Of a DNA stretch of 64,000 nt, positions 51,511 to 64,000 are shown piece by piece. Origin of the DNA: the human T2T-CHM13v2.0 reference genome, Homo sapiens. The notes beneath the pieces were generated by a model. It made no database searches. It saw only the letters and a program-made list of their open reading frames with translations, and was not told where the DNA came from. The translations under genes and the position numbers were made by a program. Position 1 is the first letter of the stretch. Each line of letters starts with the position of its first letter. Where the stretch lies: NCBI RefSeq assembly GCF_009914755.1, contig NC_060933.1; one strand, written 5' to 3'.

Positions 51511-52916
51511 CTCCTGATCTTTTGAACAACAATACTTTCTCTATGTATTCATTGTGTAATGAGGTAAATATAATTAAATGTGTGGAGCATTGAAAGATAA
51601 TGTCCATTAACCAAACTAAACTGTCCAATAACCAAATAAGAATCCTATTATATTCACCAGTATCAAAATAATATTTCCACCTCTAGGCTGGATCTGGATG
51701 TCCTAAAGCCAAATATCTGAAGCTGGTATTTTAACTACCTCACCTGATTCTGAGGCATGCCAACATGGAGAACCCAAGATCTATATAACACATGGATAGG
51801 GCAGCCAGGCCAGGGCTGCTAAAGACCATTGATGAATCCAGGAACATGTGAGCCACTCCCTGTCCCATGAGTTCTCTCAGGATCAACCCAGATGGTTCCT
51901 TTTCTTTGGCCACCAATTTGCAGATTAGCTATTCTTGATCTGAGAGACTCCAACAGAAAGTCCTTAACTGGTCCTTATATTGGGGAGCTGGCCAGGGTGG
52001 GAGTAAGAGATGACCACTACCCATCGTGGGTAAAGTTTGAAAAAGATGAGGTTCTGGTTAGTCCAGACCTGAGATTTACATAGAGAGGCCTGAATCTGGG
52101 ACACACTTGCTTGGAACTGAGAATCCTCAGGCTTCCACATGAAGGTAAAGGCTATGAAAACCTCATCTTTTTGTTTGTTTTAGCCAGGATGGTACCAAGT
52201 GAGGAGCTGTCTACGTGAGGATTAACCTCTTAGTTCAAAAGGGAATTTAGTCTTAAAAACTTCATCTAAGAGGAAGTGCTTCCTCTTGGTCCAGCCCTTT
52301 ACCACTAATCAGTGAGTTTATAACCTCTGGAATAGTCCTGGCTTCACTCATTCACTTGATTGACTCTAGAGTCGATGACTCCTTTCCTAGGCCACATCTG
52401 GCATCGGTTATCCCATCACTTCCAGGAGATCTGCTTTAAAACCCTATGAATCCCTGTTAACTAGTAATCCATTTTCCTATGTCTTATGTCCCTATAGCTA
52501 AAGAGCTTCTACCTCCAGCTCTCACCTTAATTCTCTCTGCAATGAAAAATCTGCTTTACTTTACTCCCATTCCAGGGATCATCTCCCAATATGCAGCAGT
52601 AATATCCACCCTCAGCCCTGATACCCTCCCTTCCAAAACAGACATCTGTTCCTTGATATCTATCCATAATTACAACGGGTATGGTGAGATTTTCAATAGC
52701 ATTTAATGAGCCTCTGCATGTTCTCTCTTGTAGAAATTTGAGAACTCTCTTAATTACACAAGGAACGGAACATAGATCTTTATTTATTTATTCATTAATT
52801 CATGTATATTATATAATTGTTGAATGAAATGCTTGACCTTGTCTAAAGGACAGAGCTCACTTTGGAAATTGAAGTGTTATTCTTTGAGTCAAAAACCTTA
52901 GCTGATAATATCCTTG

Positions 52917-53387
52917 AGTTATGGGTGGAACTGGGCTTCCCGTCCCTCAAATTAATATGTTGAAGTCCTAACCCCTGTATCTAAGAACTAAGAGCACGAT
53001 CTTACTTGGAAATAGGATCGTTGCAGATGTAAATAGTTAAGATGAGGTCATACTGGAGTAGAGTGGGACACTAATCCAATATGATGATTGTTCTTATATA
53101 CAAACAAAATTTGGTGATGGATACACACACCAGAAGCACACCATGTGAAGATGAAGACAGAGATCAGGGTGATGCAGCAGAAGCCAAGGAATGCCAAAGA
53201 TTCCAGCAAACTAACAGAAGCTGGGAGTGAGGCATGGAACAGATTCTTCCTCATGGCCCTCAGAAGGAACCAACCCTGCTGACATCTTGATCTCAGATCT
53301 CTCCCGAAATGCAAGGCAATAAATTTCTGTTGTTTAATACTCCCAGTTTGTGGTACTTTCTTATGACAGCATAACAAATTAATAACA
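52917..53387 (+). mobile_element. MLT1C-like MaLR LTR
   Basis: gttatgggtggaa..tatgttgaagtcctaacccc..gttgcagatgta..gatgaggtcatactggagtag..aagccaaggaatgccaaagatt..aataaatttctgttgttt. Confidence 0.9.
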
Positions 53388-54054
53388 CCTTGATTTTTAA
53401 TTTTAAGAATTCATTGTGAAATAACAACAAAGCAAACTTTTATTTCATGTACCAGATAGAAAATTTAGCTTATATTACATTTTGCAAACTGTCCACATTT
53501 TATCCAAAGCCCCAAACCATAACAAATGTAAAGAGATTTCTAAACAGAAAAACACTTCTCCATTCTTTGAACACTGTAGGAGAGAATAGAAACTAGGGGT
53601 TCACAGACTAAATTTGTTCTCTTACGTATTGTAGCTTCCCTGACACAACGCTTTCAAACATTGGATACATATCAATGGCTTTAGATGGGAAGTGTATATT
53701 TCCCATCTAAAGTTGTATACAGAACACACTTCTCTCTGTGGCCTTATGCTCTCCAATTTTACACATTTATACAGGCTTCTTGGCACATACAAGTAACTAT
53801 ACTTACTGTCTTGGCTCTGAATGGTTTAATCCAAGGATACTTCCTATGAAGTACCAATTAATAGCTTTTATTAAACTGTGCTTCCATCTCTGTCCTATGA
53901 TTATGCTGAGGGACACTGCTTAATCATCAGCTGTTTCAAGGACATTGCCCATTCTTTCATTCAGTAACAATGGTCAAAAAAGTATTATTTCTTTATAGAT
54001 GCTAGTGAAAAATGACAATCTTATAAATTATCATGGGCTCCCTTTTAAAAACTC

Positions 54055-54156
54055 ATTTCATTACACAATGTACACATATATCAGATTGTCACTTTGTATA
54101 ACTTATAAATATACAGTCTTTATTTGTCAACCGTATATTCCAAAATAAAAAAAAAG
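54055..54156 (+). mobile_element. Old L1M 3' terminus with A-tail
   Basis: tttcattacacaatgtacacatatatca..ttgtataacttataaatataca..tttatttgtcaa..aaaataaaaaaaa. Confidence 0.7.
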
Positions 54157-54309
54157 TTACATATTTTTTCTCATTTTTTGTGTTATACATGTGAAAATCT
54201 TTTGCATATCAATGTACAAGTACATATGAAACAGATAAAGAAAAATGTGGGAATAATAGTATAATTTAATGCAAATATATTCAAATGGCAATATTTCAGG
54301 AGTATTTTT

Positions 54310-54680
54310 CTATGCTGGACTAAATTGTGTTTTCCCCAAACTCATAAGTCTAATGCCCAATGTCTCTGTATTTGGAGTTAGGTGTATAAGATATTAATTA
54401 AGGTCATAAACTTGGGTCCCTAATCCAATGTATCTGGTGTCCTTATAAAAAACAGAGACTCCAGGAGTGCACCTAGCGGTCACAGAGAAGAAACCTTGTG
54501 AGAACACAGCTAGAAGGCGACTGTCTGTAAGCAGGAAGAATGACCTCACCAGAAACCAGTTCTACCAAAAAACCTTGATCTTGAATGTCCAGGCTCCAGA
54601 ACTGTGAGAAAATTAACGTATGCTCTTGAAGCTGCCCAACCTGTGGTATTCTGTTATGACTATCCTAGAAGACTAATACA
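54310..54680 (+). mobile_element. MLT1A0/MLT1B MaLR LTR
   Basis: ggactaaattgtgttttcccc..gtatttggag..ccctaatccaat..ctggtgtccttataa..ctccagaactgtgagaaaat..gactaataca. Confidence 0.85.
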
Positions 54681-57437
54681 ATTACTTATCAACATAGGCT
54701 GCCTTTCAGTAATTAAGTGTAAGAGAGATAAAATATAATCGTGTAAAAATTTAAATACTGTTAATTTCTTCAGTAGAAATTCTCAGTCTTAGATATCTTT
54801 TCTGCTTAGATATAGGTCAAAAGTAGTCTTAAAAGCTTATCTGGGGGAGGATTTGTTTCGAAGTGATCCAGTTGATCAGTGGTATGGAATTGTGTTTCTT
54901 ATTCTGTTCAGGCTACTAGTTCCCAGTAGCTTTAGAATTAAGATCATACAGGTGGACTATAGAGGGACTGGTGATTGAGACACAGGTGGTGGTGTTAGAA
55001 GGCTAAATAAATATAGGAAGACGGGTTTTCCAAGGAACAAGACTCAAAAGCCCCTTAAATTTTAAGATAGTAAAGAATAGGAAAATATAGGGCATTTTAG
55101 AGTTGGTTGCGCTTGGACTCTTTTAATTATTTTGGAGGATGATTGTAAAGATTAGAGTTCCACTTTGGAATGCTCTTCTTTGAATCGGGCAATAATCTAT
55201 GATTAAATTAGATGGACTGGTTTTTACTAAGATTTCTCTTGGATTTCAGAAAAAAATTATTTGCATTTTAAAGCATATTTCAAAGAATCTGACTTTTACT
55301 AGGGGAATTGAAGGTTATAGAAAACAATGCTAGACTCGTAAAATTATAACTAAAACTAAATGAGATTCGTATAAACTAATTTTTGACACAAGGCAGGTGC
55401 TCAGGTTATTTTAGCTCTGGATCATAGGAAATACACTACTGTGGGCCTCTCTGGTAGTCATTCACTGACAACATCGGAATAGGTGGGTTACTACAATACT
55501 TTCAAATAAAAGTATTAAGACTTTCAAATAAATAATGCATAATAAATAAATACATACATAATGAATAAAAATCAAAGGAATATAGTAGGTGCTTAAGACA
55601 AATGTGTTGAACAGAACAGACTTCAGTGAGGGAAAGGTGAGGTAGACATAACTGCAGTGTTATTTATTTGACATTATATAAAGTCACTTAATGTAAAAAT
55701 GTTTTATAAAATACAATGAAATGAGGATCTTTCTTAATAGCTTAAGATGGCAATAGACTGTAAATATGTAAAATTAGGATCCCTAATAGCATAAGTTAAG
55801 TACTTTAGATGGTTCAAAATTAAATACTTTAAAAGGCCATTCTTGGTCTTGTAGTAACTCACTCTAAAAAGTACTACTGAATGCCATGGAATAGGGGAGA
55901 GATTTGCAAACATATTTTGTTTACAACATAAGTCCCAAATTGCTTTTTCAATATATTCTCACACTTGTTTTGGGCTGATTCTATCACTCCATCTATTTAT
56001 AATTAGGATTTTTGATTCCACTTCACAACAATTTTGATTAAATATCTCAAGACTTTTGCCTCCAGGAACCTACAGTAAATATGCTTCCTGGGGCCTCCTG
56101 TCACCATAGTGGACTATCCTTTCTCTAGACCACATGTCTCCTCACCCTGTATTCCAGAAGCAGTGCTTCTATGGCCTATGCAACAATCCTGCAAAGAAGA
56201 GAAGAGAAATAAATTCTTAAGTTTTATCTACCACACGATTTTGAATACGTTTTCTAATTTCAGTTAGAAATGACATTTATTAAAAGGGAGGGATTTTTGA
56301 CTATTGAAAAAAAGACACTTTTCAGCTTCAAAATGAGTTGGAAAAAAATCTCAAAAGGTGGGTTTATTTGATACAAATTTAAGAGAATAAGAGGGAGAGA
56401 GCAGAGATCTTTTGTCTCCACCTTTAGCATTACAGGTAGTTGATATGGGAGTAATCTATTCAATCATCAAACTGACCAAATGAGAGATGGAATAAAAGTT
56501 ATCATGTCTACTGTTTTTGTACCTTACTATGCTTGTGAATATACATATTAATATATATAATATAATTAACAATGTTCCATTATTTTATCTAGAAAAATAA
56601 AGGTTAAAGACTTTTTCAGTTTCTGTAATTGTCTCAATATTATCTAAAAATAACAATTATATTTTCCAATTAAAGTGATCATCAAATGAAAGGTAAACAA
56701 ACTGGACTATGTGTCCTGCTTGAAAATCAAGCTATTGAAATGCCAGGCTAGCTCTGTCAAGTGTAGATTGGTCTACTATGAACTCAAACTGAGCTAATGA
56801 TAGATAAGGAAGACAGGTATATTTGCTGGGTCTGCTGCTGTCATGAAGGATTCTTGGATAAGGTACTCTGAGTTATTATCTGTCTTTTTGAGAAAAGACA
56901 AATGGATTATGTACCATGTCAGGAACTTGTCATTTGCATAGGTGTAAAGTATGACAATTACTAATTTAAAATGTCTCAGAGCTTGAGACAGATATAATCT
57001 TTCCATAAACTTTCCACATATAATTTGAAAGGAAGACACGAGTCACATTCTTCATGTGTCTGATATTTTCTTAGATGGGATAAACTCCAAGGTTTACATG
57101 ATGCAGAGAGACATATCTTGAATGTGATATTTTGAGATTTAAGTAAAGTAGTGATACATTTCTTGATTTTTTAAAGATTGCATTGTGAAAATAGAATCTA
57201 ACAATGTGTACCCAAGGGCATTTTATAATCTAGAGCTAGCATGTATTTCAACTTTATCTTATTTCTTGATACCTAGTGTATTTTGTATTTTTAGTCCTGA
57301 GTCTAAATTAATTTTATCTAAAATTATTGAATTTACTTCAACAGCTTTATTGGTCTACTTTTAGCCAGGGTAAAAAGATTTGATATTTTAAAAATCTATC
57401 TATTCTATACTTGGGCTTTTTCTGAATATAATTTTGT

Positions 57438-57720
57438 AATCATAAAATTAGAAAGATTATGGCGATTTTAGTCTAACTAGTTCACCTAGTTTAGCTTCCC
57501 AATTAGAATCTTTTTTGCAACATCCCTGAGAGATGGCAACTTATTCTCTGCTTAAATGCTGCCCATAGAAGGCAATCTATCTCTTTTGACAGTGCTAATA
57601 ACTAAAAATTCCCATTTATATGCTTGTCCTATAATTGACAAGTACTCTTTCTACTACTGCACATTGGATCACAGCAAAACAATCTTATTTTTCTTCTGCA
57701 TGATAGTTCTTCAAACATAT
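57438..57720 (-). mobile_element. L3/CR1 3' fragment
   Basis: caacatccctgagagatggcaacttattctctgcttaaat..gacagtgctaataactaaaaattc. Confidence 0.55.
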
Positions 57721-57840
57721 TCTTCACTCATTCCTTCATTTGCAAACATACATTGAGTACATACTAGGTAGCATAGGAAGAATTAGCTGAATAAAACACA
57801 CTTCCTACATTCAGGAATTTACATCCTGGAGGAAGTACGT
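57721..57840 (-). mobile_element. L2 3' end fragment
   Basis: cactcattccttcatttgcaaacatacattgagtacatacta..tgaataaaaca..caggaatttacatcctgg. Confidence 0.6.
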
Positions 57841-58119
57841 ATGTATGACAATGTTTTAAGTGTTCAATTTATGTGAATTACCCAATGGGAACAAAGTGAT
57901 CTATCATTAAGTTGCGATTTTTCTCTCTCATCTTTAGGTAGTATACAAATTATTGATCTTGAATGTCTACTGCTGAAATTTTTTGAGTTTGCACCCCAAT
58001 AAATGTTACTTCTTTATATCTATTATATATTATGAAAGCACAGTAATTTATAACTATAATATGAATTATAAGTTATGCACAAATAGCCATTATAAAATAA
58101 TAAATATAATATATATAGA

Positions 58120-58560
58120 AATTCTGACATTATCTTTCCAAATCCCAAAGCATCATCTGGCAGAAGCAGAAAATGACATTTCCTAAGTTCTCATGCAAAA
58201 CTGAAATATTTTCATTTGGTTATTTTTTACATATTTGCATGGCAGGAGAGAGGGGGAGGGCATACTTCTGTCATTTTCGGCTGGGAAGTATCATTGCGGT
58301 CATGTCTGGTTTGCTGTGGTGGCTTCCTAATCATGACTATTAGCTGATTATGGTAATTTTATGAAATGGTTAGTTGAACACAGCAACATAGCTTTTTTTT
58401 GTGACTCAGTCCTGCAGTATTTCCTGAACGACTAACATAAAGTCAGTTTCTTCATTCCTGCCATTGATTTTGTAAGCCATTTAGTACCCAATAGGATACA
58501 CTTTAATGTTACAACTAGCTAGAATAGATTTTATTCCATATGACCATAAAAATACATTAA
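58120..58560 (+). mobile_element. Old ERVL LTR (LTR33-like)
   Basis: aaaatgacatttcct..gtggtggcttcct..gattttgtaagccattta..actagctagaatagatttt. Confidence 0.5.
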
Positions 58561-61500
58561 TGTGTTGATATTATTCTTCTCAAATGTGATACGTCTTAAA
58601 TTTATTAAGTCATTCAAGTAAAAATATGTTTAAAATATATAAATTATTTCATTTAACCATGATTTATGGCGCACCTGCCAAGTACTTGCTGCTGTTGTTG
58701 GCACTGGGAATGTATCTATTGACAAACGTAAGACTGTGTAGGATATGATTTCACAACTTACCTGCATACTTATACAACTTAAAACTTTAAAACTTTAAAC
58801 ACTGTTTTACCTATTTGTAATTGCTTATAAATAAATAGTTCCTCCAAATATCTTACTTAGGCTCTATTATTTTGAGACTTATCCTTACCTGTTAGCCCCA
58901 TTTTGAGACTAATCTCCCAAAATTATTAATTTGAAGAGACAAAATATAGCTTCTATGACAAACAATGAAAATATATATTCTAATTACATAGCAGTTATTA
59001 AATAACTCACTAATTACATTTTAGGTAAATAAAATGACTTTTTGAATTAAGACAGTATGTAATGTAACATTCTGACTAAAAGTGCTTAAACCCTTAAAAG
59101 TGTATTGAAAATCTAGTGTTGGTCAAAGACATATACAACGATTAGCACTTCTGGTGCTTATTTTCCTTGGTTTTACTAATTCTGTATATTTGTAAATGCT
59201 TTCTTATAACTGCATGCCCATTTTATAAGGAAGAGTAAGATAAAATGATCAAGAGTTGAGAAATATTTTCTTCTCAGAAAATGGCATAGCAAAACAGGAC
59301 TCAATTCCCAAACTGAGATTTAGAAAACTCAATTTGAAAATATATGAAATATGAGAAAAATACAAAAATAACATGAATGTTTAAGGATTTCATAGAGCAT
59401 AAACATTTTTAGATATACACGCCATCAATTTGAAGTAAAGCCACATTCATTTGACTCAAAAATCAAGTTTCTATGTAATTTAGAGTTAAGTCATGTGGTT
59501 TAGTTTCAAGAATCTCCTTTTGTCCCCAGCTCTATTTTTCTGTTTAGCTTTTTGTAGATTTTCTGTTGGCCAATAAGATAATTAAAATCATGCTCATTCT
59601 TATCCAAAGTATTTGGATTAGAAGAGTTTCTAGTGGAAAAAGCCTTGGTAATACATTCTGAAAACATTAAAATTTTAGTGTTTAATCAGTGCCCTCATTA
59701 GTTGGAGTTAGTGTGTGATGCATAAAATGCCTTTTTACAAATAGTTTGTTGATACATGAGATAAAGGCACATATAAGTCTACTTAATAGTTCTTTCTATC
59801 TGTTTAATAGTATTAATATTTTCTCCATATGAGCTTAATGTGTTTATATTTCATTAACTACCATGTAAGCAATAACTTTGATTCTAGAAATCCTGGAAAT
59901 TTATAGATGGTTTGAGTTGAGAACTTCAGTATTTTTATTCTTTTTGAAAAATAATTTCATTGACTATTTAAGGTACTTTTCCCCAGTTGTATTGATTACT
60001 TTTCAGTACCTATTCACATAGCATCAGTCTGAATCCTGGTATGTGTCAGAAGTGCATGAAACCATACTGTTAAATTTGTATTTCAAAAATTGAAATATTC
60101 TACATTGGTAAATTAGTAGGTACAATTATTGTTAATGTTATAATTTAACAACTTCAACTGCTATCAAATGATCTAAGAAAATCTCAGAAAATACTAAATA
60201 ACTCTATGTTCATATCAACAAAAGATTATAATTTTACAAGTACAATAATATTCAGTAGTTTTCATGAGTTAGATAGTTGAAGTTCAGTATTATAAATTGG
60301 CTTGAAAACTTTTGCCACTGCTGATCATGCTTAAAACTAAATGACCAAATGTAAGTTGAATCCTAACTATGAATTTCACTAATAGATTTTAGTGCTGGGC
60401 AGCCACATATCCTAAAATTATAATATAATTACAGCTGGATTCTAAAGGTCAAAGATATAAAATATTAAAGTTTGAATGAGAAATATTATATGGGTTTTAA
60501 TATTCAGGTTTCAAAAGTAAATTATAAGAACTGGAATATCAAAATTAGCATTGTCAGTTATACATATCTGCAAATATTTGAATTTATTACACGTCTTAGT
60601 TTCTTTTTGTTCCCTATAGAACATTTGTTCTTAAAAGAAATCAATACAATTTTCAGCTTGATATCCCCTTCTGTTTAATAAATAGTTTTATTAGGTAAAC
60701 TATTACATTTTAAAAATCCTTACATCATCTCCATCTGTATCACCAACAAGAGTTAAATTTATAACCGGGACAACTTTCCATAAATAGTCATAGTTTCATT
60801 TTTTTTCTTTTGCTTATTTTGTTTTATTTGTTGTCAATTCTCCAAAGTTAGTGTTACATGATATCTATAAGAAAATGGTAACACAGGCCAATGTGTCGAT
60901 GGTGTAAAAATACTCCAATACACCAACTCGGCAGTAAACACATTGAATACGTTTTAGTAAAGTTGAAAGCAGTATCTCTAGATGTTTATAATCTCTGTAA
61001 ATTGTGTGTCTTATCTTCCTCATGAGGCATTAAGTTTGGAATCTGTTCGCCTGGTGATGTACTTTTATAGTTTCTTTAAGCCTGTTTATTTTTTCTCGTT
61101 TAAAGGATGAACTAATATGATTATTTTCTTGTCAAAAGTAATATCAGATAATAATAAACAAAAATACATGGCTAATAACAATCACTTAAAAATACTGTTA
61201 TTGTTTGTGGGGTTTTTTTTTGCTATTATTGCTTTCCAAAAAGTATTATTTCTAAAAATTATTATTATTATTGTTGTAAATTAACTTTTGGTTGTGTTTC
61301 CAAAAGTTTCTAAGCAAGTATTACTCAGGAAACCATTAACTATCCTTAAAGAAATTTTGATTTCTTCTTATCCTGAAGCACATTCTATTAATATATAGTT
61401 GCCCAGATTCAGGTAGACTGAAAAATCAACATGCACAATTTGAAACTTCCATGTTTCTGACATTTGATTTATAATTTATGTTTGCAAACTCTGTTTCCTG

Positions 61501-62301
61501 ACTCTGGTCATAGTATCTTCATATTGCTTGCCTGTCTCTTCTGATGTGTGGCCACAGGAGCCAGGATTACACCATAAGAATTATGAGAGCATTCCTTTTT
61601 CCCGTAATCTCAAATTAAATCAAACATCCAATTTTATCAAAACATAATGGTATCAACATCTAATTTGTATCTATATCTATCTATATTATTTATTCTTATT
61701 AGAGATTTCATTTTGGAAATTGTATAGAAATGATAGGTTGAGTAGAATCTCTGCTCCCAGTTCCAAATCTCTTAAAGTCATAGAAAACATATGCGATGAT
61801 ATTCATATGGAAACGAGAAGCATCATTGCAAACTACGATCTGTGAGAAATCTCTAGAAAGTATAATTTGATGGAAACATATCAACAAAATCGAAGTAAAT
61901 CACAACCAAGAGCACACACATATATATGTTCTCTAATTGGTTCAGGGAAATTGAATCTAGAACAAGCATATATGAAATTACGGAAAAAATTATCGGGTAA
62001 TTTATTAAGAAACTTCATTTTTAAGAATTCAGCCAATTTGTTCTTCATCTAATCCTGTTGATGAAGCCAAGAACATGAATGATCCAAATCATGAAGAATA
62101 CTCTAAGATAAAATGAACTTTCAGCCTAATGAAAGGCTCCTAGTGAAAGCAGTATAGGACCCTAACAGCCAAGCAAAACTGGCGACTGCATTTCCCCACC
62201 TTATTGAGGAACTGCAGAGAATGAACCAAGGGAAATAGGGGGCTGAAGGAAATTTATTAAGAGAAGAGAATCACATTAAAGTATTCTTTACTGGAGCACA
62301 G

Positions 62302-62664
62302 AATATCAGTCTCTTCTCTCACTGCTAATAAAGACATGCCCGAGACTGGGTAATTTATAAAGGAAAGAGGTTTAATTGACTCGTAGTCACATGGCTGAGG
62401 AGGCCCCACCATCATGGCAGAAGGTGAAGGAGGAGTAAAGTCATGTCTTACATGGTGGCAGGCTAAGAGATAATGTGCAGGGGAACTCCCCTTTATAAAA
62501 GAATCAGATCTCAAGAGACGTATTCACTATTATGAGAACAGCACGGGAAAAACCCACCCCCATGATTCAATTACCTCCCACCAGGTCCCTCCCATGACAT
62601 GTGGGAATTATGGGAGCTACAGTTCAATTCGTGATTTGGGTGGGGACATAGCCAAGCCATATCA
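62302..62664 (-). mobile_element. THE1B/THE1C solo LTR
   Basis: ctgctaataaagacatgcccgagactgggtaatttataaaggaaagaggtttaattgactc ... gatttgggtggggacatagccaagccatatca. Confidence 0.93.
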
Positions 62665-63064
62665 CATACCCGTGACTATTTTGTCAATTTATGGACTAGG
62701 AGCTACAAATTAGCAATAAATACATTTATATATAATAAACATGACATGATAAATGCATCAAATAAATTATTGATAAAATATTTTTCACTCATCAGATTGG
62801 CCATAATTGTGAAGATGGAGAACAAAATCATAGAGTAACTTGATATTCTTTTGAGGAAAAATGCCCAAAACTGACAGAGCAGTTTGGCTTCTGGTTATCT
62901 GTTCTTGAGAAATGTTTTCATAGGCTTATAAATGACATGCACATGATTACTAATTGTATTATTGCTTATAATAACAAAATAATTAGAAAAAAACTTTAAA
63001 TGAATCCATAAGGTTAAGTAATATGTGTTACATTTCCACATATCCATTAAAAATACTGAGGCAG

Positions 63065-63374
63065 GGCGGGTGCGGTGGCTCACACCTGTACTCCCAGCAC
63101 TTTGGGAGGCCAAGGCAGGTGGATCATCTGAGGTCAGGAGTTCAAGACCAGCCTGGCCAACATGGCGAAACCCTGTCTCTACTAAAAATACAAAAAAAAT
63201 TAGCCAGGCGTGATAGCGGTTGCCTGTAATCCCAGCTGCTGAGGAGACTGAGGCAAAAGAATTGCTTGAACCCAGGAGTTGGAGGTTGCCATGAGCCAAG
63301 ATTGCGCCACTGCACTCCAGCCTAGGGGACATAGTGGGACGCCGTCTCAAAAATAAATAAATAAATAAAAATAA
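63065..63374 (+). mobile_element. AluS (Sx/Sz-like), full length
   Basis: ggatcatctgaggtcaggagttcaagaccagcctggccaacatgg; (AAAT)n tail; 16-bp TSD aaaaatactgag(g/t)cag at 63049-63064 and 63375-63390. Confidence 0.95.
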
Positions 63375-63747
63375 AAAAATACTGAGTCAGAGATATGTAC
63401 ATACATAGAAAACATTCAAAACATTGTTAAGTAAAATAAAATAGTATCATAACAATATGCATTGTAAGGTAGAATATACCATTTATTAAGAGGCTTTACT
63501 TTTTTCTAATATATATTACTGTACTTTGACTAGCTTATAATGGAGGTGTATATTATTTCTATTAAAAATAATTTCTTAATTTGTATTAACATTTCCTATG
63601 AAGTAATAAAATCATTGCATTCTTCTGGAATTTTTAAAAGGAGCAGTATTTAATTATTTAAATAAAATGTTGAATTATAATAAAGTCTCTGATATACACC
63701 ATCAGTTCTATTTTAATATGTGATGACTTCATAAAAGTAAATACTTC

Positions 63748-63909
63748 TTTCAAAATTTTTTAAATTTATATTTCTATGGGCACACTATAGGTGTGTATCT
63801 ATTTATAGGATACAAGAGATATTTTGATACAGACATACAATGTATAATAATCACATCAGGATAAATGTATCAGGTATTCATCACCTCATGAATTCATCAT
63901 TTCCTTGTG
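63748..63909 (-). mobile_element. L1MA2/3-like 3' end
   Basis: taggtgtgtatctatttatagga..gagatattttgatacag..aataatcacatcagg..catcacctca. Confidence 0.82.
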
Positions 63910-64000
63910 ATAGTTTGCTGAAAATGATGGTTTTCAGCTTCATCCTTGTCCCTAAAAAGGACATGAACTCATCCTTTTTTATGGCTGCATAGTATTCCAT
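63902..64000 (-). mobile_element. Younger L1PA (PA4-6-like) fragment, cut by window edge
   Basis: gatagtttgctgaaaatgatggttttcagcttcatcc..aaggacatgaactcatccttttttatggctgcatagtattccat. Confidence 0.88.

Noticed and set aside
58700-62300. Long AT-rich stretch searched for exons and RNA genes
   Set aside because: Only isolated splice-like motifs and short low-complexity ORFs; nothing supportable
62895-63350. 151-aa ORF, the longest in the window
   Set aside because: Antisense Alu translation ([14 protein letters not shown]) running into AT-rich flank

Overview
AT-rich, CpG-poor primate genomic DNA, most likely human or another ape because it carries AluY and LTR12C. It looks intergenic or deep-intronic. 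I recognise no host protein-coding exon, RNA gene or CRISPR array. The supplied ORFs I can place are decayed transposon frames (L1 ORF2, Tigger1 transposase, ERV gag/env), Alu or LTR read-throughs, or chance ORFs. Roughly half of the window is interspersed repeats, including two deeply nested stacks (about 9.0-19.2 kb and 33.6-40.1 kb). The most notable items are: a 4x tandem array of a FOX:ETS composite motif (43842-43893); a full-length solo LTR12C with 8 CCAAT boxes, an apparently lost GATA site and an apparently gained GTAAGT splice donor; a pol-less gag-env class I provirus (MER66-like) with a tRNA-Lys primer-binding site; and several unexplained direct or inverted repeats. I found no evidence for a new multi-gene biological system. 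Repeat subfamily names come from recalled consensus sequences and need Dfam/RepeatMasker confirmation.
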